Of a stretch of DNA of 64,000 nucleotides, positions 50,235 through 63,892 are shown piece by piece. The DNA comes from Octopus sinensis. Lineage: Eukaryota. The stretch spans positions 22,195,360 through 22,259,359 of the forward strand of contig NC_043019.1 in assembly GCF_006345805.1 (NCBI RefSeq), given 5' to 3'. A model generated the notes under the pieces. That model ran no database searches. It had not been told where the DNA came from and saw only the letters and a program-made list of their open reading frames with translations. Made by a program: the position numbers and the translations under genes. The first letter of the stretch is position 1, and the number at the start of each line of letters is the position of its first letter.

Positions 50235-50830
50235 AAAAGGTTGGTGTAGAAGGTTTTGCATACGTTTTCCATCTCCCCTTTGTCTGTCACCACGAAGCAG
50301 TGTCCCCTTTGATCAATAAAGTCCTCTTCTGCATCTTTTTAGGCTTCTCTTTTCCTCTACAGCCTGCATCAGTTTCTTCAGTCTATAATTCTTTAAATCA
50401 TTTCCCAGACATTGTCTGATGACTTTGCAGAGAACAGAATACTCAAGGTGATCTCCCTCTTCATAGCTTTCCATTCATATTCCTCTTCATAGCTTTCCAT
50501 TTCTCTAGTATTTTCTTTGCCTTCATGTGTTGATTCTTCGTTGAGATGTGCTGAGCCTTTCTCTGACTGCATATATTTTGTTTTCTTGTGGATCATTGTA
50601 AGGCCTACTGTCAAGCTATGAGTGTTCAGCTCTGTCAGCATTGTCTGCCGCTGATCTGTAGTTTCAGTGATAAGTACAATGTCATTTGCGAATCGGCAGT
50701 GTGTTAGTTGCTTGCCTTTGATGTTCATGTCAACGTCATTGCTGACCATTTCTAGACATGTGGTAAAAGGCTTTGGAGAAATGGTATCTCCTTGCTTGAC
50801 ACCCTTCCCACTTAAGATCTTTACTGGTGG
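50235..50830 (-). mobile_element. Decayed RTE (BovB-like) LINE fragment
   Basis: KGVKQGDTISPKPFT; NIKGKQLTHCRFANDIVLI..GLTMIHKKTKYM. Confidence 0.75.
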
Positions 50831-50870
50831 TGATAGCAGTGTGTATGTGTGTGTATATACATAGTCAAAA

Positions 50871-50907
50871 CTATTGAAAAGTTTGCAAGACGCAACGAAA
50901 ATTTTAG
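50871..50907 (+). ncRNA. Minimal type-I hammerhead-like motif, U3-A8 family (best copy)
   Basis: CTA-TTGAAAA-G(T)TTGC(aagac)GCAAC-GAAA-AT-TT-TAG, at the head of a ~210-bp repeat (50860-51070) homologous to 4660-5050. Confidence 0.55.
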
Positions 50908-53496
50908 GAAAATAAAAATAGGAAAAAGTGGAGATTTTACCGGTGAGTGTGTTATATTATAAGCCACAAAAAGAAAATGACTCTCTCCAGACACAATAGA
51001 AAATGCTTCAACGCACGAACTCACATAAAGAATCTTGCAAACCAAATCCCAAAACGAAATATATATAATGTGTATTACCAAATTTTCCTATCCAACATAA
51101 CAAAATTAAAGTTACTTCCCTTGGCTAAGTTACTTCCCTTGCTTCGTTATTTAGCCAAACTGCTGAGAGCCACTAGTTGGTCACCTTATCTGTTAGAAAT
51201 AGTAGCCAAATATTCCTCAAATCACTGTGCTTTAGAAAAAATATACAAAAGATAGTTTTGCTATAGCTAGAATGGCTTTGATCATGGTTTTGCTCGTTAA
51301 GGTCTGATCTGGAGTCAAACAACAACACCAAATAGAAAAATATCAACACAGGCATGACTGTGTGGGTAAGAAGATTCCTTTGCAACATTCTGGTTTCAGG
51401 TTCAGTTCTACTGCAAGTCACCTTGGACAAGTATCGTTTGCTATAACTGTGGCCTGACCAATGCCTTGTGAATGAATTTGGTAGATGGAAATGGTGTGGA
51501 AACCTGTCATGTGATATAGATCTGTGTGTGTGTGTCTTTGTTACCCACCAACTGCTTGATAACTGGTGTTGGTTTGTTTACATCCCCTAAGCTAATGGTC
51601 TGGCAGAAGTGACTAATAGAAAAAGAAATGGTAGTGTGGTCCTCCTGACGATGAACCATGCCTCATACGGTCCGCAAAGAATGGGCTTCAAAAATTGTTT
51701 TTGCCCATTATCTTCACATACTTGAGTGCTAAATGTTTTCTGCTAATGACATTTCTTTTAAAATTTAATTAATTTCATAATTTAGAATAAGACTCGGTTG
51801 AAGGTTGACAGTGATAGAGATTCTACTTCAGAGCTAGTCTTCTGTTTTTTACTTTCTTTTGATTTTTTTACCCAGTATCATTATACACATGGCTTTATAT
51901 ATATATATATCATCATCATCATCATCATCGTTTAACATCCGCTTTCCATGCTAGCATGGGTTGGACGATTTTGACTGAGGGCTGGCCAACCAGATGGCTG
52001 TACCAGGCTCCAATCTTGATCTGGCAGAGTTTCTACAGCTGGATGCCCACTCCGAGAGTAGTGGGTGCTTTTTACGTGCCACCGGCACAGGGGTCAGTCA
52101 GGCGGTACTGGCAATGACCTCGCTCGAATCTTTTTACAGGTGCCAGTGAAGCGACGTTGGTAACGATCACGCTCGAATGGTGCCCTTTTACGTGCCAATT
52201 GGCTGCTCTGGCAACGATCACGCTCGGATGGTGCTCTTGTGACACAGACAGAAGAATATGTATATAGGCATATGCACATATTTATCTATATGCACACAGG
52301 TATATATATACATACATATATCATCATCATTTAACGTCCGCTTTCCATGCTGACATTAAGCGATGATGATGATGATGATATATGATATTGATATATATAT
52401 ATATATGTATATATCTATATATAAGAAATTTGCAATCCAGCCACATGGTTTTTGGTTCAGTCCTACAGCACAGCACCCTTAGGCAAGTGTCTTCTGCTAT
52501 AACCCTGAACTGACCGAAGCCTTGTGAGTCCGTTTGGTAGATGGAAACTGAAAGAAGCCCATTGTATACACACACATAATCATTGTCATTGAAAATTCTT
52601 TTGATAATGATGATGATGATGATTTTATATATAAATATGTATGTGTGTGGTTGTGTTTATGTTTGTCCCCCACTGTTTGACAACTGGTGTTGGTCTGTTT
52701 GTGTTTCCATAATTTAGCAGTTTGGCAAAAAATGACAGAAACAATAAATACCAGACTTAAAAGATATGTACTGGGGTTTATTTGTTTGATTGAACTCTTC
52801 AAGGCATGGCAATTGTCCAATTACAGAAGCAAAAGTTACATGCATGCATGCATACATACATATAAAAGCTCTATCTGCGACGATTTCATCTCAATCGAAG
52901 GAGAGGGGCTTTCTCCGTCCGGGTTGCGGATCCATGGAACAAGCTGCCAGACGAGATGGTGAAGATGCCAATGACCGCTTTGTTCAAAGTCTCCCTTGAC
53001 CTCAAGTGGCCTGAACTCTTTACATGAACACCACCCTGTATATAACTCCATGTCCCCCTACATGGCCTTGCTTTTTGCTTTTTGAGCCAAAAATTAACTA
53101 ACTAACTAACATATGCATGCTCACACACAGACACACACACACACATTGTGACTCATTCGGCTGCTTATCTCATCGGTCTCTAATTTCTGTTTTTTGTATA
53201 AGTTTTGCTACTTGCAACTTGTCACTTGAAGTATAAAAATTTAATAATGTTTCGCTATTGCTCTCGACTTTCTTGTCAACACCTACACCCCAGCCTCCTT
53301 TATTACACTTTGTTTTTATGTTGCTTTCAACAGTCTTACTAAAAACCTATCAGCAACTTCCTTCTTCCACATTGTTTATATATTCATCAATTCAAATAAC
53401 CTTGTTTTTGAAAGCTTTTAAAATTCTTGTCATCATCTATTTGCTTTCTCCTCTTCCTTTGTCTCGTTTGTGCACCAATTCAAGTGATTCAAGTTT

Positions 53497-53918
53497 GGAT
53501 CTTTTTGGTTTGACTGGCAGTTTTTAACATAATTTCTAGGTAACTAAAAAATTTTAATCTTTGTATACTGGTAGAATGTGTTTATAAAACATCTTTTTCT
53601 CTTGGCTTTATTGAGAAAATTCTATAGTTTGTAAGATATTTGTTGTTTTTTTCTTCAATTTTTGCAATTTCAACCAATCACGGATGTCGATTGAGGTAAA
53701 AAACATTCTGTGCCATATGAATATGACCCTCATTTAAGAAACAGATTGGGTTTATTTACATTTGCAAAGAAAAAAAAAGATACCCTTCCCCCCACCACTA
53801 ACCCAAACTAACCCTAAAACAGATTGAAATGCAATAGATCGATACTAGGGTCATAATTATGGGTGACAATTTCATATGACACCGCTAGAAAAAACTGTCG
53901 TTCAAACCGAAAAGATCC
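53497..53918. mobile_element. Merlin-like MITE (family of 11661-12070)
   Basis: GGATC..GATCC TIRs; 8-bp TSD TCAAGTTT/CCAAGTTT. Confidence 0.8.
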
Positions 53919-56900
53919 CCAAGTTTTGCTATATGCTTTAATAATATGGTATTTTTCTCTCATTGCATGGTTTCCACCTTGCCTTCATCCTTTTAACTTT
54001 CTCATTTTCATTCTTGCATCTGACATAATAACACCATTACTGTTTGCCAACACAAAAGTGGAGTAGGTTCTTTTTGTCTCTCATCACTGCTGCTGGATTT
54101 AACTACAAATGCATACACTATAATTCATTAATCTTATTCAAGACGAGTGGAAAAAAGCCAACAAGTAGAAGTGATGGTAGTAATGTGTAAAGAAATTGTA
54201 AAAGGATTAGAGAGAAAATCTCAGCCTCACTGGAAGACCATTAAAGCTTGTGATGTGTACAGTAGGAATAATACACAACAATAAATGATGAATTTATATC
54301 AAGCTAGCTAGAGGCGATGGCCTCTTGGAGCTAATCAACGACAGCTTTCGTCCTATATTTATGGACTGCCATGGACTATATTTATGGACTGCACTATGGG
54401 ATTCAATTGTTTCAAGACAGGGGCCATCAAAGGAAATTGTTTTTACAAAGTAAAACTGCTTGTGGGGCCTCTAAGAGAAAAGGTTTCTCAAAATCCAAGG
54501 GGACTATGATATATTTTTTTTAAGGAAGGGCCTATGAAACATTTACAAATCTTTCTTTGGTTCTTTGAGATGCAGACTGATGATTCAGTTGAACATCTCA
54601 ACCGTTAAAGGCTTTGTGGAGGGATATGGAGGAGCATACTTAAAGGGATGGTTTTCATTACTTGTTCAACTGCCTGAAATGGATATTCACAAAAGCACAT
54701 TCGCTGACTGCTCCAACTTGTTGGTTGACTTAAAGTAGCTTAAAAGGCTTCAGCAGACAGGTTGGGAGAAGGCATTGTACAGTATTTAGATGAGTGGGGT
54801 TTAACTAATAAGACAGTGGTCAAACAATGTAACAAATGTGGAGATGGTTTTGCAGAGGGTGGGGTTGAAAATGAAAAAAACCCCAAAAAAACACAAAAAT
54901 GTTTGCAATTTGTATGTACATTAACATGGTACTCACATTTGTTGTAAGTATTTGGACCAAGTTCCTCACAAGATATTCTTGCTGACATAATCTCAAGACA
55001 CCCTGGTAACACACCTTCACTCTGTTGAATGATTCAACCATAAAGTAACCTTAACCTTCTCAACAATTCTCTTTCCTCTGCTTAAAAATCTATGAGCACC
55101 AGCTCAACCTAGATTCTTCCTCATACATATCACCACCTCCTAGCACATAAGCCACATGCCTTGTTCCTCCCAGAGGACACCAATCTTACATCTTATATAT
55201 ATGCTGTACATACTACACTTGATGCAAATCTTCACTTTGAAAGGTGGTATCTTTATTTCTGGCAATTCCACTCTACCCACTGTTCACTTCATACTTACCT
55301 GGATACTAGTAACAAGGAATTCCAAGTACTCTGGCTCAAGATCTCTGAGCTCCCTCTTGCAACTCTTCTAAATATATCTGCATCCACTTCTGTTCTCTGA
55401 AGTCTTCCAACCACCAACAACCTTTCGACCTCATCTCTTCATGCATCCAGTACACATCTCTCACTTCATCCCTCTCTGTCTACCTGAAGACTTTATCCTC
55501 AATTAACTTCAGTACTCACAACTCTTCTAGTACTCATCCCCACACTGATGCTTCCAAGGAAGAAGCAGGCTTTAATTCTTTACAATGATTACTTATACAT
55601 CCTACACACATGTATCAGACCAACACAGACACTTTAATCTGAACATACTTGATCTCTTTCCCAAACCTCATCTTTAATGAACCACTGCTGTCTATACCTC
55701 TGTTAGATCATCCGACCAATGCCTTATCTCAACTCCCCACCTTGCTTCCCAATATTCTGAAGCACCTGTCACCCCTTGGACCCTATGGTACTTCAAGATT
55801 GATAGTATCTCTGCCAGTTGTATGCTAACAGTAACACAGTTGTAAGCCCAGTAACACATGAGTGTCACCTATGAACCATCAGAAACAGTTAACCCTTTTC
55901 CTCTCCTGTGCATCACATGTGTAAGGTGGTTGGTATTAAGAAGGGCATCCAGCCATAAAAACCACACTAAAACAGACAGTGAAGCCTGGTGCAGTCTTCT
56001 GCCTAGCCAGCTCCTGTCAGACCATCTAACCCATGCCAGCATGGAAAACTGACGTTAAACAATGATGATGATGATGATAACATTGCCAATTTTTTACAAC
56101 CACCAGAGTGACTTGGAACCTATCTAAAGGAAAGTTTTATGTTTCTCAGAACATATGAAAAAAAAAAAGGCTAACTAAATGTCTGCAAAACGTGCACAAA
56201 CATTTAGGAAATACTTATGAAAATACTTTGGACAGGCAAAGAATTAAGCTAGTGCCTAAGGTTATCCTCACACAACTTATTGTGCAATCTAAAGATACCT
56301 TATCTGAAGGTGTTATTCAGTATAAACTTGCCTGTAAACAATACTATGATGTGTGACAAAAGTCAGAAAAACTTAACAACCCCCTTGAACGATTTCCTTT
56401 ATCATCAGGGTAGGAAGTGCTAAAGGCAAAAGTTATGTTTCTTTTATAGTAGAATGATTAATTTAGTTCACTGTTGTTTGTTTCTTTGCTTCTGTTTTTT
56501 GGGTCAGTCAGACAGTTTCTGCAATAATTTTAAAATTCCTTTATGTTGGTAACAAGGAATTTACCGTTTTGATCTGCATAGTTTACAGTAGATGTTTTTG
56601 TGACATAGACAACACAATCAAAGCTCATACCTCAACTCCCATCCCATTACTCAAGTTGTAACTGTGTTGCAGTAAGTTGAGTAAAGAAGACAGCATACAA
56701 TACTTGGTAAAAAAAAAAAAAAATCAACCACCACATCACAATAAATTGGATGGCTTTTATCCCCACCATAACATATACAAAGCCATATTTCAAAAATAAT
56801 GGAGATGTCTCTGTGCATCACATACTCCGCAAGCTCTCCTGTTTCCTAGAATGTTGCTCATTCTCTGCTGACTTCCCAGAATAATCCCTCCATCTATTTT

Positions 56901-58060
56901 TGAACTACAATGGCTTAATAGAAATATTCCTGCAGAGAAAACTTCTGTATTTACTCCGTGCTTTGCATCCAGCTACACACACAATATAAATATTTTCCTT
57001 TACTTCACCAGTTTTATTGCTTCAAGCTAGCAAAGCCACCAGCCATATCAATGTCCCTTATTCTACTTGCAATAAGTGCTCCCCAGAGCTCTCCCAACAT
57101 TTCAAAATGTTTCAACACCCCACTCTCTCATTCTCCTCTCTCTCTCTCTCATACACACACACACAGAGTCTTCTCTTTCTATGGATCTATCAATTTACTC
57201 CTTTTATGAAAACATGCTATAGTGAAGTCACGGGTAAACTATGGCCCATGGACTGCAGGACTTGCCAACAAAAAATTATTTTGAATCTTATAATTAGTGT
57301 GCGCTGCCTGAAAATGAATCATTTCTGATGCAGCTGCTTCTCAAAAAAGACTGCCCATGCCTATAGTGTGTCCCATTTCCAATGGGAAACAATTTCTCTT
57401 ACCCTGACTATGGCTCTCACTACAAAAATTTCAAAGATGATAGAAACAATCAACTTTGAGTCATCAGCTTATTTTATCTCCTTTCACTCTTCAATGACCA
57501 CCATAAAGCCAGGTTCACTGGGGGAATATCCTTTGTTTCACTTACAAATGTGATCTCTTCTTTGAAAAATTTAATTTTTTCTCGAAAAATTTTATTCTAC
57601 ATTAGATATATATATAAGATTCGGTGATACAATCAGAAGTAGAACTCAATACGCAAAATAGAGCATATATATTTCTTTATTATTCATCTGTAAGACTATC
57701 AATGGATTTGGTAAGTACGAACGTACGGAGCTTAATACACACACATACAAACCCTAGAGAGTGAAAATCTAGACGTTTTCCTTAATTACTTCCCTTATAA
57801 GCAACTCTTACTTTAATGGTTGGTATATCAGTTGTATTAATAAAGAAAACATTTGGACTTGAAATAAAATAGTTGTTGGCATTCATCGTCATGTGGGACG
57901 ATTCTACACAGCTGATATACTGTGCGTGGGACATCGACGACGACAGATATATCAATATTTGAATCCCTTGTTTACTGTTATAGCCGGCCGGTGTATCTTA
58001 AAACCTTTTCCCTTCTGATTCGACAGACAAAACGAAAATGCAGAACGGACTGGACAACGA

Positions 58061-58142
<82 letters not shown>

Positions 58143-58454
58143 CGCATGCGCATTCTTTAGATGAAAGTAGCAAGTGTGTCAAAATGACCACTTTTGTTTT
58201 CATGTCAAGAATGCCATATATATATCTTTGGGCTATTCTCTGTGGCATCTTGCTGGCAAAACACAAAACAAAAAAATGATGGTGAGCTGGTAGAATCGTT
58301 AGCATACCGAGCAAACTGCATAGCGGCATTTTGTGTGTCTTTATATTCTGAGTTCTAATTCTGCCGAGCACTGGGTCCATGTAATCGACTTACTCCCTCC
58401 TCCTGAAATTACTGGCATTGTGCCGAAATGTGAGAACTAAACTTAATCATTAAG

Positions 58455-59630
58455 CGGGGTCTGGCTCGGGTTAATATCCCCTCAGTTATGGAGCCGGTGG
58501 GATAATCCAGAAGTGATGGGAAGAGACCAGATGATCTTACCCTCTGTCTCTGGGTAAGGGGTAGGTGCTTCGTCTGGGACGTCGCAGTCTGTGACCTTTT
58601 TTCTCCCTCCCACATCCTGGTTGCTGCGGTAAATGGAAGGGTCACAGCTTCCGTCGCCGAACGGAACAAAACCCTGGAGTAACGGAGGGGCAACAGCTAA
58701 GAGTAGGTATTGCAGCTGGATGCACAATATTAGTCATCCTATTTGTGCTAGTCATGGAGATGTCACTAAGATCAACAATCTGTGAGAAAGCTGTTACAAT
58801 GACACTATTAAGGGCTTTTATGGACATTACTGTATTATCAGAAAGTAGAGAAGCAGCAGATGGAACGTTAGAGCGGTTGGACGGGTTAATAGGATGGGTG
58901 AGAATGAAATTCAAAGTCAAGAAATCTTGAAGTGTGACATTCATGATAGGAGTCCAAAAAGAAGTGAAGTTCAGGATATGAGACGAAGAAATACCAATGG
59001 TGAAAGAACACTCTATAAAAGGTCTTGGCAGATGGTACAGTGATTTATTAAATGATAAGAAGCAAGGCAAAGAAACACGAATTAGTGGAACAGGGACTAG
59101 AGGCAATTGACAGAACAACATTACCGGGGAAATTCAAATGCTGGATACTGCAATTTGGACTGTACCCAAGGATTATATAGCTATTGTGAATGTATAAAAT
59201 AGCCTCGAATAGAGTAGAAAGGATGGAACAAAGACGCAGTGTATTGATCAGAAAATGGCTTGGTCTTCCAAAACCGCAGAATACAACTGCACTATATGGA
59301 AAACCCGTGCTGCAAGTAACAATAACATCAATCGTCGAAGAAAATAAGGACGGAAGGAAAGGCGAGGACAGTAATGGCGCTAAGGTATTCGAAAGATCAG
59401 AACATCCGAGAAAACCCTCCAGAGGTACGAACAGGGAAGAAATGGAAAGCGGAGGAAGCAGTAAACTGCGATAGGAAAGTGAAGGAATGCTAGTATAGAA
59501 GAAGCAAAAGCCGGTCTAGGGTTGCAAAATTTCAAACCATTTTGCATGAGCAGTGTAAAAGAGATGAAGGAGTAGATGAGTAGGGGCCGAAACCGGATGT
59601 GCTTCCTCCTGATGATATCCTTAGCCACTG
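58455..59630 (+). mobile_element. Internally deleted HERO-like (RLE-type) non-LTR retrotransposon
   Basis: VGIAAGCTI..ILFVLVMEM, LRAFMD, WVRMKFKVKKS, IPMVKEHSIKGLGRWY, LPGKFKCWILQFGLYPR, RKWLGLP, RTGKKWKAEEAV, KAGLG; stops and frameshifts; GC-rich structured 5' segment. Confidence 0.8.
59572..59623 (+). ncRNA. Rearranged-order hammerhead-like module 1
   Basis: GTA-GATGAG-taggggcc-GAAA-CCGgatgtgc-TTCCTC-CTGATGA-taTCCTTA. Confidence 0.45.
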
Positions 59631-59777
59631 GATCCTAAAAAGGAGTTGTTGAGTTAAAGAACCACGAAACGTGATTGGAGTTTTCCTTGTATCTTGATAC
59701 ATTTTGTGTTGCAAGACACTTGCAGATTCAGGTGTTACCAGTTGAAAGCTCAGCATACCGGATGCTAGCAAGTTTAT

Positions 59778-59828
59778 GGGGTCATCAGGAGAGAATGCGT
59801 ACCGTTTCGGGGCCTTCCTCTCGATGGC
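59778..59828 (-). ncRNA. Rearranged-order hammerhead-like module 2
   Basis: GCC-ATC-GAGAG-gaaggcccc-GAAA-CGGT-acgcatt-CTCTC-CTGATGA-cccc. Confidence 0.5.
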
Positions 59829-60332
59829 GTCATTGCGTACGGGCCTTGCTTACTGAAACGAAGCCCCGTTAGCTAGATCAACTTGATGGAGTACTATTTT
59901 GTCAATCTTACCTTAAGGCACGAACCACATTGATGGGTTTAGTCGAACATAGCAACTCCTGTGTTTACTTTTTAGTCTAGTTCTAATTCGTTCGAACTCG
60001 TGTGCGCAACCGCCAGGTAATAAGGACGTAAGCAAACCAACACTGGTTGTCAAGAGATAAACACACACTATCACTCACCCCCATACATACATACACGCGC
60101 ACGCTCAACGGGCTTTCACACACTTTCCATCTTTCAGAAGATATTGATTGGCTCATGGCTATAGTAGAAGAAACTTACTCAGTGTGCTGCGCTGTGGAAC
60201 TTAACCCAAGACCATAAGGTTGTTGGGAATCAGGTTTCTTGACCACACAGCCAAGAGTTTCAACACACGAGATTCTCGGTCCTTGAGCTCATGCGTAACG
60301 ACTACAGATTATTCTTTTCTATTCTAGGCACA

Positions 60333-60513
60333 TTGGTATTGGTATTGGCGTCCTTTCTGTCTCGGGAGACAATGGAGTTGCGCATGAAGTAGTCTAGTCC
60401 GGCTTTTATATTTCATGTCCTGATACATTTCCTGCTGTGGCTGTGTAGTCCTATCCAACTAGTTTCGGGATTGTTGTCCCTCGTCAACGGGCGGTAACCA
60501 CCATGTAACCACC
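60333..60513 (-). mobile_element. Chimeric retro-insertion: hammerhead-bearing head + RTE 3' end, (AATACC)n tail
   Basis: 12-bp TSD ATTCTAGGCACA/ACTCTAGGCACA (60321-60332, 60514-60525); IGLHSHSRKC and GCGCAACTCCATTGTCTCCCGAGAC RTE terminus; TTGACGA-GGGA(caacaa)TCCC-GAAA-CTAG-TT head. Confidence 0.75.
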
Positions 60514-61199
60514 ACTCTAGGCACAAGGCCCGAATTTTTTGGGAAGTGAGCCAGTCGATTAGATCAATCCAGTATGCAAACTGGTACTTAACTTATCGAC
60601 CCCGAAATGATGAAAGGCAAAGTCCTCGGCGGAACGACTATCGATTATTGATAAAATAATGTATACTTATGTTTTGAGTCTTATTTTCCTATTTGCATCA
60701 CCACACACACACACGCACGCGCGCACACACACACACATGCGCGCGCGCGTGTGTGTATATAAATACATGTATAGATAACCTACCTTTTGCGTCACCCCCG
60801 CCCCTATACTGTCACCCGTTATTTGCACTAATATAAATTAATTTATTTCTAATTGTTACAATCGATAGCACTTTCGAATTGCGGTAATTAATCAGTTTTG
60901 GAAGGCGGGTTATGAGGGGGGATGGGCAGGAGATGTGAATTATACGAGTTAAATATATTGTTAAAAAAGAAATAGAAGTGCAATCGAAAATATTGACTGC
61001 TGCTTTTCCCAGGTTTAATTACATCATCATCATCATCATCACCATCTATGCATGTGTATGTATACATATATACATATGCGTATACGCACGCACACACACA
61101 ACACACATGCATATATATGCAATTTATTACGGGTTATGACTCGTAACTGGCCCGAACGAGTTTTTATTTCTGACTTACGGACAAAAAGATTGATATTTA

Positions 61200-62950
<1,751 letters not shown>

Positions 62951-62954
62951 AAAC

Positions 62955-63274
62955 ATGGCGACTCAGTTTGCAGACGACGGTGGTTCGGCAAAGAGCAGTT
63001 TCGTTATCTTGGACCTTGAGGTGGATGCCGATAGTTTACTATCTTCATCGCCATCGTCATTATCTCCTTGTCTGTTGTGTTGTTGCGCTCGACACATGAT
63101 GATGGTGGACAGGAAGAAGACGAACAACAAGGAGGAGAGTAACTGCAAGAGCATCAGCAAGAAGGAAGAGATCTCCCTTTATAGGGACCATGAGATCCCG
63201 GACTTCCTAAGGATCAACCGCCACATTGTGCGGGGCTATAGGTCCCTCCTACCCGTCCATCTCTGTCTCAAAAG
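62955..63274 (+). CDS. PAQR3: PAQR3 (progestin and adipoQ receptor 3) first coding exon
   Basis: ISLYRDHEIPDFLRINRHIVRGYRSLLPVHLCLK(S) resembles PAQR3 IRLYTYEQIP..NPYITDGYRAYLPSRLCIKS; aaacATGGCG start; phase-2 donor AG|GTAACC. Confidence 0.85.
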
Positions 63275-63291
63275 GTAACCGTCCGAATTAT

Positions 63292-63383
63292 AATACATAC
63301 ATACATTTGTATATGCATTTGTATATGCATATGTTTATACATACATATATACATACATACATTTGTATATGCATGTCTATACA

Positions 63384-63415
<32 letters not shown>

Positions 63416-63775
63416 AACATACATACATACATACATTTGTATATGCATATGTCTATACATACATATATACATACATACATACATACATACATTTGTATAT
63501 GCATATGTTTATACATACATATATACATACATACATACATAGATACATATATACATACATACATACATACATTTGTATATGCATATGTTTATACATACAT
63601 ACATACATACATATATACATACATACATTTGTATATGCATATGTTTATACATACATATATACATACATACATCATACATACATACATACATACATACATT
63701 TGTATATGCATATGTTTATACATACATACATACATACATATGTATATGTACTTATGTTTATACATATGTATATAA
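63292..63775. repeat. (ACAT)n satellite with recurring TTGTATATGCATATGTTT spacer
   Basis: Higher-order units directly visible in PAQR3 intron 1. Confidence 0.9.
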
Positions 63776-63860
63776 ATATATTCATACACAGTTTCTTTCT
63801 CTCTCACAAACACACTCTCTCTATATATGTGATGACGATGATGATGATGATGAATGGTTT

Positions 63861-63892
<32 letters not shown>

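Noticed and set aside
51641-51700. CTGACGA plus hairpin
   Set aside because: Followed by AAAA rather than GAAA, with no stem I/III; at best a broken remnant.
55100-55800. Possible ancient LINE endonuclease remnant (ILDLF, SSDQCLI)
   Set aside because: Too degenerate to assign by eye.
56381-56412. Minus-strand CTGATGA-taaag-GAAA-tcgt-TC
   Set aside because: No stem II and no stem I pairing.
58524-58577. Type-I hammerhead-like layout in the HERO leader
   Set aside because: Needs three core substitutions (CAGATGA, GGTA); a simple CCAGATGA/TCGTCTGG hairpin explains it better.
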